A stretch of DNA of 64,000 nt from a virus: positions 38,046 to 102,045 of the IMG/VR virus record IMGVR_UViG_3300043112_000063. One strand, written 5' to 3'. Below the pieces are notes generated by a model that searched no databases, was not told where the DNA came from, and worked only from the letters and a program-made list of their open reading frames with translations. Shown in pieces: positions 25,740 through 36,277 of this stretch (the first letter of the stretch is position 1; each line of letters opens with the position of its first letter). The translations under genes and the position numbers were made by a program.

Positions 25740-28083
25740 ATTATAGAAAACTAATAAGAGATAGTAATTTAACACAAGGCGAAGTTGCGGATATGATTGA
25801 CATTAATAGGTCAACTTTATACAGATTTTTAAAAGACCCAGATAACCCAGCGAGACATTACATTAAGGAGAAAATTGACCGATTATTTAGTGTAAAACCA
25901 ACACCAAAAAAAGAGGTTGAAGAAGAACAGATTGATGAATTACCACCAGGAACTTCTAAGATGGACAGTAAAGGTAATTTAAACGCAAGTATTAAATTGA
26001 ATAAAAGTATTTCTGGTTTATCATTACCAGAAGTAGTTAAATTGTTTGAATTAGACGAAACTAAATGGAAATGTGTAGGCTATACAACTAAGTCTTGGGA
26101 TACAACTATGAAGGGTCCAGAGGACACACCAATTACACATAGAAATTATTCTGCTTCTGCTAAGTTTGAACCAATTAATCAAATAACTATTAAACCAGAA
26201 GAGGTTAGAGAAATATTTGAGGAAATTAAGGCTATGCCTAAAGACCACTCTATACCAGAGTATGTATCATTAAAAGAGGAAAACGTATTAGTACTACCTA
26301 TCTTTGATGCTCATATTGGTAAACTTGCTTGGGGAAAAGAAACTAGAGAGAATTACGACATAAAAATTGGTATTTCTAGATTTAGATACGCCGTTAAAAA
26401 CTTATTGTCTAGGTCAGCAAGAACTGGATTTTCAAAAATTATTTTCCCTGTGGGTTAAAGAAAAACGTGGCTCACATAAAACATAGTGAACATTATTAAT
26501 GGTGTGCTTACATAACAATAAATAAGTAAGTGCTAACGGGGGACCCCTCCAAAAAATGGGCAATCCCGTGTCAAGATTTACGATTACCTCTTGACATTTT
26601 GAAAACAATATGTTATAATATTTATGTAAGATTGTTTTTAATTTGATAGGAGGTAACAAATGATAATTTATAAAGCAGAAAATATTATAAACGGTAAAGT
26701 TTATATAGGACAAACCCGGAAAAAGTTACACGAAAGAATAGCAGATCATAAGTATAACAGTAAACTAAAAGATGGACATTTTCAAAGAGCTATTAGAAAA
26801 TATGGTTTTGATAAGTTTATATGGAGTATTATTGATACCGCTGAATCATTCGAAGAGTTAAACGAAAAAGAGGCTTATTGTGTTGATTATTACGACAGTT
26901 ATAACAATGGTTACAATTCTACTGTCGGTGGTGAAGATAACCCAATGAACCATGCTGAAATTCGGGAAAAAATAAGTGTAGCGAAAAATAAATGGTACGA
27001 AAAAGCCGGTAATAACGGAGCATTTCTTGGTAAAAACCATACGGAAGAAACAAAAAAGAAAATGCGAAAGGCTGCACTTGGTAGAAAAAGAAGTGAGGAA
27101 GACAGGGCAAAACAAGGAAAAAGTAGACGAAAAGGTATCGAAGATGGGACAATAACATTTCCCACCGGAAAAGACCATCCCAATTCTATACAAATTGAAC
27201 AAGTTGATATAGATACTGGTGAAGTCATTAATACTTTTGATTCCATTGTAGAAGCTGAAATTGCGTTAAAAGGAAAAAGGACTGGAACAATTTGGAAAGT
27301 AATAAGTCCTGAATGTCCTCACAATCATACTGCTTATGGATTTGAGTGGAGAAAAGTAAATAAGATGTAGAGACTATTCCGAAAGGAAGTACACTAACTA
27401 TTAATACGTTGGTGGAAGCGCTATGCACCTATTATTAGGTGAAGATATAGTCCGTACGTAATTATGGAAAAGTTACGACTAATATGAACGACTTCTTCCA
27501 ATTTGATAACGAAAGTTCTGAAACTACAAAAGGAACACGTGTTGACTCAGACATAAGATGGAAAAAATTATTCAAGTTAGGAATAGAGTTATTAAAAGAA
27601 ACATTAGATACTTGTGTTAAGTACGCGCCAGTAGACGTTATATTAGTACAAGGTAATCACGATTCGCAGTTAAGTTTTTATGCTTTTGAGGCGTTACGTG
27701 GTTGGTATGATAATAATAGATACGTTAAGATTGATACTGATATTAGAACAAGAACTTATAGACAAATAGGTGTAAACCTTATTGGATTTACACACGGAGA
27801 AAAAGAGAAGAAAAGATTATACGAAATTATGCATCAAGAGGCTAGAGAGTTATGGGGAAGAACAAAATACAGTGAATGGATTGTTGGACATTTCCATAAA
27901 AGTTATCTTGACGAAAAAAGTGGTGTAAGAAAACGTGTTGTTAGTAGTATCACAGGAACAGATGCTTGGCATTACGAATCTGGTTATAATAGTTTACCAG
28001 CAGCTCAGGCAATTATCTACAACAAGAATCAATTAGGACCTTACGCAGTTTATCACGTTTCGTTTAATTCAAAGATAGACTAG
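25736..28083 (+). CDS. HTH + calcineurin-like phosphoesterase; exons 25736-26455 and 27487-28083 (438 aa spliced)
   Basis: N-terminal XRE HTH; DAHIG, spliced VG|ND, GNHD, THG, GHFH. Confidence 0.88.
26591..26619 (+). promoter_or_regulatory. Intron-internal promoter for the endonuclease
   Basis: TTGACA-17 bp-TATAAT with TG; SD AGGAGG downstream. Confidence 0.8.
26660..27370 (+). CDS. GIY-YIG homing endonuclease with NUMOD3-like repeats
   Basis: IIY...VYIGQT, GYN, HTEETKKKM and RSEEDRAK repeats. Confidence 0.92.
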   Translation: MIIYKAENIINGKVYIGQTRKKLHERIADHKYNSKLKDGHFQRAIRKYGFDKFIWSIIDTAESFEELNEKEAYCVDYYDSYNNGYNSTVGGEDNPMNHAEIREKISVAKNKWYEKAGNNGAFLGKNHTEETKKKMRKAALGRKRSEEDRAKQGKSRRKGIEDGTITFPTGKDHPNSIQIEQVDIDTGEVINTFDSIVEAEIALKGKRTGTIWKVISPECPHNHTAYGFEWRKVNKM

Positions 28084-28097
28084 AGAGGAGTATTAAG

Positions 28098-29012
28098 ATG
28101 AAGAAATACCGAAAAATTATTGCTTACCCAAAACCTAAGGCAAAAGAAGCATTAGATAGTTTTAAGTCTGTTGTTATTTCTGAAAAAATTGATGGAGCAA
28201 ATGCAAGTTTTAAACTATCTGAAGATGGTAAATCAATTGAATGCTTTAGTAGAAATAATCAACTAAATGAAGATAATGACTTACGAGGTTTTTACGATTG
28301 GGTAATGGATAATGTAAAAACAGACAACTTGTTTCCACACGTTATCTACTTTGGCGAGTGGCTAGTTAAACATAAAGTAGGTTACAAAAAAGAAGCCTAC
28401 AATAAGTTTTATTTATATGATTTGTATTCTGAATTAGAGGGCGAATATCAATCTTGTTACAACGAGGTTGGAACTTATTTTATTCAGACAACTAAAGACG
28501 CATTCTTTGCTCCCGTAAGGTATGCTGGATTACTTCCAGAAAATGCCGTTGAGTTTATTCAATCTTATATGGAAAAAAGTACCTTGTCGGATGGTAAACC
28601 AGAGGGCGTGGTTGTTAAGGACTATGCTTATGTCAATAGATTTGGAGAACAGACAGCAATTAAGTTTGTTAACAAAGAGTTTAAAGAAAACCAAACACCC
28701 AAAAAAAGAAGAACACCACCAAAATTAAGTGAAAGAGAAAAAATGTTATACGAATTAGTCGAAGACCGCATTAATGAAATAAGCGTTCAAAAATTCGTTG
28801 ATAAAATGATTGATGAAAGTATTATAGATAAACGTTGGAAAGATGAAGATTTAAGTACTTTGTTAAGTAAGTTGTCTAATTTGTTTAGAGTGGACGTTAT
28901 TGAAGAAGTATTCGATGATAAAGACTTAGATAAAGACGACTTAAAGTTTATTAATAAAAAAATAAGTTATTTATTTGTTACAGAGTTAAAACAAATCTAT
29001 TTTAAAGGTTAA
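28098..29012 (+). CDS. RNA ligase (Rnl2-like)
   Basis: EKIDGAN, SRN, FGEW, YD, EGVVVK, KFV. Confidence 0.85.
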   Translation: MKKYRKIIAYPKPKAKEALDSFKSVVISEKIDGANASFKLSEDGKSIECFSRNNQLNEDNDLRGFYDWVMDNVKTDNLFPHVIYFGEWLVKHKVGYKKEAYNKFYLYDLYSELEGEYQSCYNEVGTYFIQTTKDAFFAPVRYAGLLPENAVEFIQSYMEKSTLSDGKPEGVVVKDYAYVNRFGEQTAIKFVNKEFKENQTPKKRRTPPKLSEREKMLYELVEDRINEISVQKFVDKMIDESIIDKRWKDEDLSTLLSKLSNLFRVDVIEEVFDDKDLDKDDLKFINKKISYLFVTELKQIYFKG

Positions 29013-29192
29013 AATTGGGGCTGTAGCGCCCCTTTTTAATTATATACAATAGTTATACAGTAAAAACAAGAGAAAACGTTTGTGGGCGGGATTTTAAATG
29101 TGATAAAAACAAAAAACACCCTTTACACAGATGTATAAATATGGTATAATAACTATGTAAAAATAAGTATATTATAAGAGAGGAGAATTACA

Positions 29193-29771
29193 TTGAAAAG
29201 AGTAGAAACAACATTCACATTTAGGGAGTATAATTATCTTTACCTATTCGGTATTGATGGAGAAAAACTTCAACCGTACAAAACATTTTCTGGAATTATA
29301 GAATCACACGAACATTTGTCAGAAGAGGACGAAGCAGATTTGTATATGTTATCTTTAGGGGAACGTATTAAACAAAAGAATCCACACTATGACCCAGAGG
29401 AAGAATCTGACGTAGAATATTTCAAAGTTAGTTACTTACCTAAAACAATTAAAAACGAAGATGGGGAAGAGGAAGAAATTCATTACGTAATTGAAAAGAA
29501 TGTAAATTACGATAAGTTTGAAGACACAGACCACACTAACAAAACACCAGTTGAAAGTGCTAAACAGGCTATGGGCTTTATTCACAATACAGCAAGTAAA
29601 TACACTAAACATAATAAAGAAGTGAGAAAAACGTCAGAGCAAGATGACCCTACATTAAGATACTGGCTAACGTTAACTTTAGACGAGGAAGAGTTAGAAA
29701 AGATGAAAGAAGACGGTAGTGATATGAGTACAAGTTTACAAGCCGTTGACTTCAAGTTTTTCTATAAATAA
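29193..29771 (+). CDS. Acidic hypothetical protein
   Basis: Promoter at 29122 and SD GAGGAG upstream. Confidence 0.75.
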   Translation: MKRVETTFTFREYNYLYLFGIDGEKLQPYKTFSGIIESHEHLSEEDEADLYMLSLGERIKQKNPHYDPEEESDVEYFKVSYLPKTIKNEDGEEEEIHYVIEKNVNYDKFEDTDHTNKTPVESAKQAMGFIHNTASKYTKHNKEVRKTSEQDDPTLRYWLTLTLDEEELEKMKEDGSDMSTSLQAVDFKFFYK

Positions 29772-29772
29772 T

Positions 29773-30939
29773 ATGAAAACAAATGAGCAAGCTTTTGTAG
29801 AGTTATTTAATAAATCCCCACAAAGAGTAATTAACAAACTGGACAAATACGTAGCGGACGGATATATCAAATCAAACGTAAATTCTTTTTTCCCAGAATT
29901 AACGATATACAACTATTCTGAAAAAACAACATTTGAAAGAAAATGGAATACATATACTTTGGCTTGTAGGGGCTTAGTTATTGATAAAAAAGAGTTAAGA
30001 ATAGTTGCTATGCCCTTCTCAAAATTCTTTAATTTAGACGAACTTAAAAATACAGATTATGAACACTTGAGTTGTGTAGAACCAACACAAACATATGAAA
30101 CGTATATTAAGATGGACGGCAGTCTAGGTATTGGCTTTGTACATAAGAACACATTTATATGGTGTACAAGAGGTAGTTTCGATAGTGAACAGGCGAGATT
30201 TGCTAATTTTTATATGCGAGAAAACTTTACTGAAGAAGCGTTAGAGAATTTGGCTTTTGACTATGAAGGGATGACAATACTCGCTGAAATTATTTATCCA
30301 AATAATAGAATTGTTGTTGATTATGGAGAAACAAAAGGCTTAATAATTTTAGGTATGATTAGAAATAGTAATGGTATTGAAATGAATTACCGAGATTTAT
30401 GCTTAGAAGGTTTTATGTGTAACCTTCCAGTAGTTGATAAGTATGAAGGAAATACTAACATTAAAGAGTTATTGAAATCTGCTAAAGAGTGGGACAAAAA
30501 TATGGAGGGTGTTGTTATTAAGTACGCAAACGGAAAACGTCTGAAATTAAAAGGAGCAGAGTATTTACGAGTTCATAAACTAAGATATGGTTTTAGTATG
30601 AAACAACAAGTAGAATTATGGAAGGACCAAATACACGAAAACTATTTAGCGGAAATAGACGAAGAGTTTAGAGATGAATTAGATGTCTTATATAAAACAC
30701 TAGACGTGGTTTTTAATTCTTACGTGTTAGAAGTTATGCGTATGGTTAACGATGTTGAGGTTTTAAAATTAGATAGGTCAGACATATATAAACACTTTGA
30801 ATCTAAAGGTAAAAATAAAACACTTATTGCGTGTGTTTTCTCAGTGTTAGATAATAAAGGCTATAAACAAAAAATACGTGAGTATATGTATAAAGAATAC
30901 CGAAGTATATTGAACGTTAAGGAGTTGGAAGATGAATAA
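29773..30939 (+). CDS. T4 Rnl1-like RNA ligase
   Basis: CRGLV, PFSKFFN, KMDGSLG, TRGSF, EGVV, KLKGAEY. Confidence 0.9.
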   Translation: MKTNEQAFVELFNKSPQRVINKLDKYVADGYIKSNVNSFFPELTIYNYSEKTTFERKWNTYTLACRGLVIDKKELRIVAMPFSKFFNLDELKNTDYEHLSCVEPTQTYETYIKMDGSLGIGFVHKNTFIWCTRGSFDSEQARFANFYMRENFTEEALENLAFDYEGMTILAEIIYPNNRIVVDYGETKGLIILGMIRNSNGIEMNYRDLCLEGFMCNLPVVDKYEGNTNIKELLKSAKEWDKNMEGVVIKYANGKRLKLKGAEYLRVHKLRYGFSMKQQVELWKDQIHENYLAEIDEEFRDELDVLYKTLDVVFNSYVLEVMRMVNDVEVLKLDRSDIYKHFESKGKNKTLIACVFSVLDNKGYKQKIREYMYKEYRSILNVKELEDE

Positions 30940-31897
30940 ATTAATTATGATGATTGGCTTTCCTGGCGCTGGAAAAAGTCATAGAGCAAAGGAATTAAAA
31001 AGAATTGGTTACGTGGTTCACAGTAGTGATGCAATCAGAAAAGAGAAACTTGGTAACGAAAATGACCAGTCGGCTAATAATTATGTATTCAATCTTATGC
31101 GGAGTAGAACAATAGATGACCTTAAAGATGGTAAAAATGTTGTTTACGACGCAACAAACCTTAACCGAAAAATAAGAAAACATACACTTAATACCTTTAA
31201 AAAATATGTCAACAACATAAAAGCATTAGTTGTTCTTAGACCTATCGATGATATATGGAAATACAATTTAGAAAGAGGTTTTCCGGAAGACAAGTTGAAG
31301 GCTTACTTACGAAGTTTTAACCCTCCTTCAAAAGAAGAGGGCTTTACGGAAATAGAATATCATATTAGTGGAAATTCAACGTATAATTGGGACAATAGTT
31401 TAACTACAATAACCGACTTCTTTGTTGAAGCAGTTACCACAGGATATATTAGAATGGAAAATCATCCTTGGTACAAAACAATTAAAGACTACGACCAAGA
31501 TAATAGTTATCATACAAAAACATTAGACCAACATATTTATGAAGTGTCTATTAGAGCCCGTGAATTTCACGATAACGAGGTTTTATTAGCTGCCTTATTA
31601 CACGATATTGGAAAACCATATACTAAGGTTAAAAATAAACACGGTACATCTAGTTATTATGGACACGAACACGTTAGTTCTTATATGTCAGCAATACTGT
31701 TTAGTTTTCTAAACATTAGAGACGAGTTTACGAAATTAAACATAGACACAAATAAAGTACTCAACTTAATTGATTTTCATATGAGAATGCCAAATACAAA
31801 AACACCAAAAGCAAAAAATAAATTAATAAATGAAATAGGAAGAGATATGTACCCACACTTGTGTGAGCTTTTTGTGTGCGATATCTCAGGGAAGTAG
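30932..31897 (+). CDS. Polynucleotide kinase (P-loop) fused to HD domain
   Basis: GFPGAGKS, SSDAIR, YDATN; YDQDNSYH...H, ALLHDIGK, HEHVS, HM. Confidence 0.88.
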   Translation: MNKLIMMIGFPGAGKSHRAKELKRIGYVVHSSDAIRKEKLGNENDQSANNYVFNLMRSRTIDDLKDGKNVVYDATNLNRKIRKHTLNTFKKYVNNIKALVVLRPIDDIWKYNLERGFPEDKLKAYLRSFNPPSKEEGFTEIEYHISGNSTYNWDNSLTTITDFFVEAVTTGYIRMENHPWYKTIKDYDQDNSYHTKTLDQHIYEVSIRAREFHDNEVLLAALLHDIGKPYTKVKNKHGTSSYYGHEHVSSYMSAILFSFLNIRDEFTKLNIDTNKVLNLIDFHMRMPNTKTPKAKNKLINEIGRDMYPHLCELFVCDISGK

Positions 31898-31903
31898 GAG
31901 AAA

Positions 31904-32638
31904 ATGGGAACTAGACAATTTGTAGAAAAGTATCCAAGACTGTTATTTATTGATACGGAGACAACAGGATTGGACTGTAAAGAGAACGAAATAATAGAGT
32001 TTGCTTACGTAATTTATCAAATGAATCCAGAAACTAAAAAATACGAAGAAGTAACTTATGCCGACATTTTTATTAAAACCGACAAAGAAATACCAGAAAA
32101 AATAACTCAGATTACAGGAATAGATAAAGAATTATTAGATGAAAAAGGTATTGATAGAATAGAGTTTGGTTGGTGGTTATATCATTTTTTAACAACAGAA
32201 ATAGACAGTTTACTCGGTGCTTACAATACACAGTTTGATGCTTTGTTTACACAGGAAGAAGTACGTAAATGTCCTAAGATTACTCACCTAGAGGAACCAT
32301 ATAAATTAGTAAACAATATGATTGATGTGTTAACTATTTATAGAGACCGTTATAGTTTTCCACACAAACTTAAAAACGCTATTGATAAATTACAAGTAGA
32401 AGGTGAAAATACACATAGGGCTATCGATGATATTAGGGCTACCTATAATGTATTTGCACAGCTAATGAGAAATAGATTTAATCCAATGTTATATGTAAAT
32501 AGGTTTGGTTATCTTAAAAAATGGGGAATACACGGAGAAAAATTCCCTCATATTGTGTACATTGGACAAGGCTTTAATGGAACAAAAGATATTGAACGTT
32601 ATATGGATAAGTATCAAAAAGAATTGGGGGAATTCTAA
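31904..32638 (+). CDS. DnaQ-like DEDDh 3'-5' exonuclease
   Basis: IDTETTG, AYNTQFD, HRAIDD. Confidence 0.92.
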   Translation: MGTRQFVEKYPRLLFIDTETTGLDCKENEIIEFAYVIYQMNPETKKYEEVTYADIFIKTDKEIPEKITQITGIDKELLDEKGIDRIEFGWWLYHFLTTEIDSLLGAYNTQFDALFTQEEVRKCPKITHLEEPYKLVNNMIDVLTIYRDRYSFPHKLKNAIDKLQVEGENTHRAIDDIRATYNVFAQLMRNRFNPMLYVNRFGYLKKWGIHGEKFPHIVYIGQGFNGTKDIERYMDKYQKELGEF

Positions 32639-33046
32639 ATGGCTAATGTAGTTATTTTAACAGGAAGAATTGCAACAGATTTAGTAATGGGATACACACA
32701 AGACAATGTATCTAAACTTAATTTTAATTTAGCAGTTAGACACGAGTATAAAACAAACGGTGAGTATGGAACATCATTTTTCCGTTGTGTTTGCTGGCGT
32801 AAATTAGCTGAAAGAGTTGCACAGTATAAAGATAAGGGAGATTGGATTGAGGTTGTAGGACAACTACAGAGTCGTTCATACAAACTTCCAAGTGGAGAAG
32901 ACCGTTGGATTACAGAGGTTATGTGTAGAAACGTTAACTTTCCGTTAATAGGAGAACATAGGAACGATAAGCCTGCCGTTATTGACAAACAAGAAGAACC
33001 AGATGTTTCTCATCAATTTGATGAACATGATGATTTACCATTTTAA
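32639..33046 (+). CDS. ssb: Bacterial-type single-stranded DNA-binding protein
   Basis: NVVILTGR, VVGQLQSRSY, DDLPF tail. Confidence 0.93.
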   Translation: MANVVILTGRIATDLVMGYTQDNVSKLNFNLAVRHEYKTNGEYGTSFFRCVCWRKLAERVAQYKDKGDWIEVVGQLQSRSYKLPSGEDRWITEVMCRNVNFPLIGEHRNDKPAVIDKQEEPDVSHQFDEHDDLPF

Positions 33047-33176
33047 GAAAACTTGGTGAAAGGCTCTTTACAATTATGTTATTATGTGGTATAATACAGT
33101 ATAAAAATGTATTACACATAGGGGGTAGGGGATGTGTATGCGTCCCCGTTTTTACTTAAATGAACAGGAGAATAGT

Positions 33177-33944
33177 ATGATAGGACAATCTAAGATAATA
33201 TCTGTATTAAAAAATAGAATACCTAATAGTTTACTATTACTTGGAAAAAGTGGTAGTGGTAAAACCACGCTTGCTAATTATCTTAGTGAACAGTTAAGTG
33301 CAGACTTTGCTGTTGTTGAAGATTTAAACATAGCTGAAATTAAAAACATAACTGAAAATGCTAACTATGTTTCTTATAGACGTGTTTATTGTATAGAGAA
33401 CGTACAAGATATGACACCACTTGTCCAAAACGTTTTACTTAAAACACTTGAAGAAGCGAACAGTAAGATTACCTTTGTTCTTTGTGCTACAACCAAGGAA
33501 AATATACTACCTACAATATTAAGTAGATGTACTATAATTAAAATGGATTCTTATACGGAAAAAGAACTACGACATTATAGTGAAACAAGGGCTGGCAATA
33601 TTGATATAAGTTATTGTAAAACTCCGGGCGATATTACATATAAGAAGTACTTAATTGAAGCTGGAATATACGATGAGTTGATGAAACTTGCAGATTTAAT
33701 TACTACCAAAATTACAAAAGCAAACACGGCTAATGTCTTTAATATAATAAACAGATTAGAGACAATGGACTGTGATAAAAAAATGGTACTATGGCTGATT
33801 GACGTGTTAATAATAAAAATGCGAGATTACTATACGGCCTCTAAGTTATGCGTAGAATTTAAACATCACATTATATACAATAATACCAAATGGGAAAGAA
33901 CTTTTGAACAATTACTTGTTAAATTGAATACTATGGAGGTGTAA
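33177..33944 (+). CDS. holB: Clamp loader delta'-like AAA+ subunit
   Basis: MIGQ, GKSGSGKTT, QNVLLKTLEE, ILPTILSRC. Confidence 0.75.
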   Translation: MIGQSKIISVLKNRIPNSLLLLGKSGSGKTTLANYLSEQLSADFAVVEDLNIAEIKNITENANYVSYRRVYCIENVQDMTPLVQNVLLKTLEEANSKITFVLCATTKENILPTILSRCTIIKMDSYTEKELRHYSETRAGNIDISYCKTPGDITYKKYLIEAGIYDELMKLADLITTKITKANTANVFNIINRLETMDCDKKMVLWLIDVLIIKMRDYYTASKLCVEFKHHIIYNNTKWERTFEQLLVKLNTMEV

Positions 33945-34204
33945 TGATGCCTAGATTTTATGTTAAAAACAAAGAAGAAAAATGGAACGTATTTAGTACA
34001 GATGTTAACGCTTACATATTTGATAACTTTATTGACTATGACGTTATGGAACAGATACTACTTGGCGCAACGGTACAAGATAGATTAGCCGAGTTAAGAA
34101 GTTTAAACACAGATAAACCCGTATTGAATGTAGAAACGGAAGAAAAGATAGAACAGTTTATGAAACTTAAAAAACAGGAGGAATTAGATGCTAGAAACGT
34201 ATAA
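33944..34204 (+). CDS. Hypothetical protein
   Basis: SD GGAGG. Confidence 0.65.
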   Translation: MMPRFYVKNKEEKWNVFSTDVNAYIFDNFIDYDVMEQILLGATVQDRLAELRSLNTDKPVLNVETEEKIEQFMKLKKQEELDARNV

Positions 34205-34466
34205 TCACTTGGATAGAAATGGTTTTCAACTACATAAAATGAAAACTCATTTACAAGCAAATAGACAAGACCACGAAGACATATACCTAGTTAATAGTAT
34301 GCTTATTTATCCTGTACTTAATTGGACAAAGAGTGGAAATACCATTTTTAGATATGATATATTTTTTGCTTGCGGCGGAACTATAACCAAAGTAAAGAAT
34401 TTAACCGAGAGCAAACTGTTTAATTATGTTTGTGAATTGGTAGGACGTGAGAAAAATGAATCTTAA
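34188..34466 (+). CDS. Hypothetical protein
   Basis: SD GGAGG. Confidence 0.65.
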   Translation: MLETYNHLDRNGFQLHKMKTHLQANRQDHEDIYLVNSMLIYPVLNWTKSGNTIFRYDIFFACGGTITKVKNLTESKLFNYVCELVGREKNES

Positions 34467-35292
34467 ATTGTACATAAGTAGTGTTGACTATTTTAAAGAA
34501 ACACATCCAAATGCAATAAGGGTTTTAGACATAAATAACTTTATTAGTATATGTCGAAATGTGCCACTATTCACAACAGTTTCTAATACTAAAACGTATT
34601 ACTATACTAATAGTGATATTAAAAAAGAACAGTTAGAAACACTTGTTAAATCAAAACTACCTATTTATATAATAGACGAAAAAATAGATAAAAGAAGTGC
34701 TCTATATAAATACTGTAAAAAGAATAAACTTATTGTTGAACAACCACCAACAAACAGCGCTATTCTTAAAAGAATGTATCCTATGTTATCAAGTAGAAGT
34801 ATTGGAACTATTTTAAAACATAGTACTGATTATACAAAACTCGCTACTACCAATAAACTACTCAATAGTTTTAATAAGCTTACCGATAATAAAGTAGCAT
34901 GGATTTTTTCTGCAGACTATGAAGATAAAATATTTGAAACACTTGACTATTTAATGGTAGGTAATTCAGATAAGTTTTATAAGTTATATTCAGACCTTAT
35001 TAACTTAGGAGAAAGTAAGTTTAAGTTTATGGTGTTGTTGTATAACAAACTTAAAACATTAATACTTATAAAGCCCCATACAGGCGCCAGTATTAAAGAA
35101 ATACAAAACCACACAGGACTTAACTACTACCAAGTAAAGAACAACGTTATGTTAGCGAAAAGGTATAGTATGAATACTTTTGTTAAGTGGTTTTTAGAGT
35201 GCGGAAGGATTGAAAGAGACATTAAGTATGGTAAGGCTGATGTAGACATTGATTTAGAAATACTTATTTTAAACATATTGAAAGGACAATAA
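34456..35292 (+). CDS. holA: Clamp loader delta-like subunit
   Basis: KIDKRSALYK, IFETLD, GLNYYQVK, ERDIKYG...LEILIL C-terminal pattern. Confidence 0.7.
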   Translation: MNLKLYISSVDYFKETHPNAIRVLDINNFISICRNVPLFTTVSNTKTYYYTNSDIKKEQLETLVKSKLPIYIIDEKIDKRSALYKYCKKNKLIVEQPPTNSAILKRMYPMLSSRSIGTILKHSTDYTKLATTNKLLNSFNKLTDNKVAWIFSADYEDKIFETLDYLMVGNSDKFYKLYSDLINLGESKFKFMVLLYNKLKTLILIKPHTGASIKEIQNHTGLNYYQVKNNVMLAKRYSMNTFVKWFLECGRIERDIKYGKADVDIDLEILILNILKGQ

Positions 35293-35293
35293 T

Positions 35294-35572
35294 ATGAGTG
35301 AAAATTATGTATATATGAAGTGCTTGGGTGATATTTGGAAACTTATTTCTTTAAAAAGATGGGGACATAAATACCCAAAAATTGACAACAAAAACAATGA
35401 ATATGATTTTAATTATGCACATAAGTTTACTGAGACATTATCGCTTCACAAAAATGCACATACAGATTTATTAAGTGCTGGAATTGTTTTTAAAGTTGAC
35501 CAAGTGGAAAAGGCATTTGATGATACTTATAATTTTGTATTGAAGTCAATGGGAGGCAATAATGGAAACTAA
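35294..35572 (+). CDS. Hypothetical protein
   Basis: Operonic ORF. Confidence 0.65.
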   Translation: MSENYVYMKCLGDIWKLISLKRWGHKYPKIDNKNNEYDFNYAHKFTETLSLHKNAHTDLLSAGIVFKVDQVEKAFDDTYNFVLKSMGGNNGN

Positions 35573-35903
35573 ATATCTTATGACAATAGCTCCAGTACGA
35601 AAAGACGAACACGGAGTAAATTATATTGTTAGTTATCCAGAATTTCCTGGGCTGACAGGTGGTGGAGATACTATAGAAGAGGCGTGTGAAGTAGCGCAAG
35701 AGGCTTTATCTATGTACTTAGAAACTAACCCTAAACCAAAAGAAAATAAAAAAGATAGAGAATGGGCTATAGAATTACTTAACATATACAGAAATAGATA
35801 CTTTAGAAGTGGGGACAAAAAAGAATACGCTTTGTTTGAGGCTTTAGATACTGTATTGCCAGATTACTACAAGTTAAGAAATCTGGTTAAGAAAGGAAAA
35901 TAA
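35562..35903 (+). CDS. HicB-like antitoxin domain protein
   Basis: YIVSYPEFPGLTGGGDTIEEACEVAQEAL. Confidence 0.8.
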   Translation: METKYLMTIAPVRKDEHGVNYIVSYPEFPGLTGGGDTIEEACEVAQEALSMYLETNPKPKENKKDREWAIELLNIYRNRYFRSGDKKEYALFEALDTVLPDYYKLRNLVKKGK

Positions 35904-35905
35904 AA

Positions 35906-36139
35906 ATGAAAAGAAGTTATGCATCTAAATGGTGGTATAGATTAATTTATAAAGAAGTTAAGCAACTTGTTCGTTGTCCTTATTGTGGAGAATATACAAG
36001 TTATAGTAATCATTTTGTACCAAGATTTTTTGGTAATGGGGATGTTAGATTAAACCATGTTAGTAAATGGTCTGTTTGTTGCGAACATTGTGAATCTGAT
36101 ATTTCATTTAAAGTAGAAACTAAAATAGAAAGGTTGTGA
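35906..36139 (+). CDS. Small zinc-ribbon protein
   Basis: CPYC...CEHC. Confidence 0.65.
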   Translation: MKRSYASKWWYRLIYKEVKQLVRCPYCGEYTSYSNHFVPRFFGNGDVRLNHVSKWSVCCEHCESDISFKVETKIERL

Positions 36140-36277
36140 GTACCTTGTTTAGAAGAGAGAGACCGATTGAACCACCTAATAGTTATTGGGAAGAAGAATA
36201 TGTAGAAGACCCAGCAGAACGAGTTGACGTTGAATACGATAGATATAGAGAACGAGTATTAGATGAGGAGTTCACGA

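Larger units (their letters stand above)
26456..27486 (+). mobile_element. Group I intron (1031 nt) carrying a homing endonuclease
   Basis: P1 TGTGGGT/GCTCACA; GCTAACGGGG and GGCAATCCCGTG core; P7 GACTATT/TATAGTC; terminal G. Confidence 0.93.

Noticed and set aside
16279-28083. Split polA and split phosphoesterase as pseudogenes or stop-codon recoding
   Set aside because: Both breaks are explained by group I introns that restore conserved motifs; TAA, TAG and TGA all act as stops elsewhere and no suppressor tRNA was found
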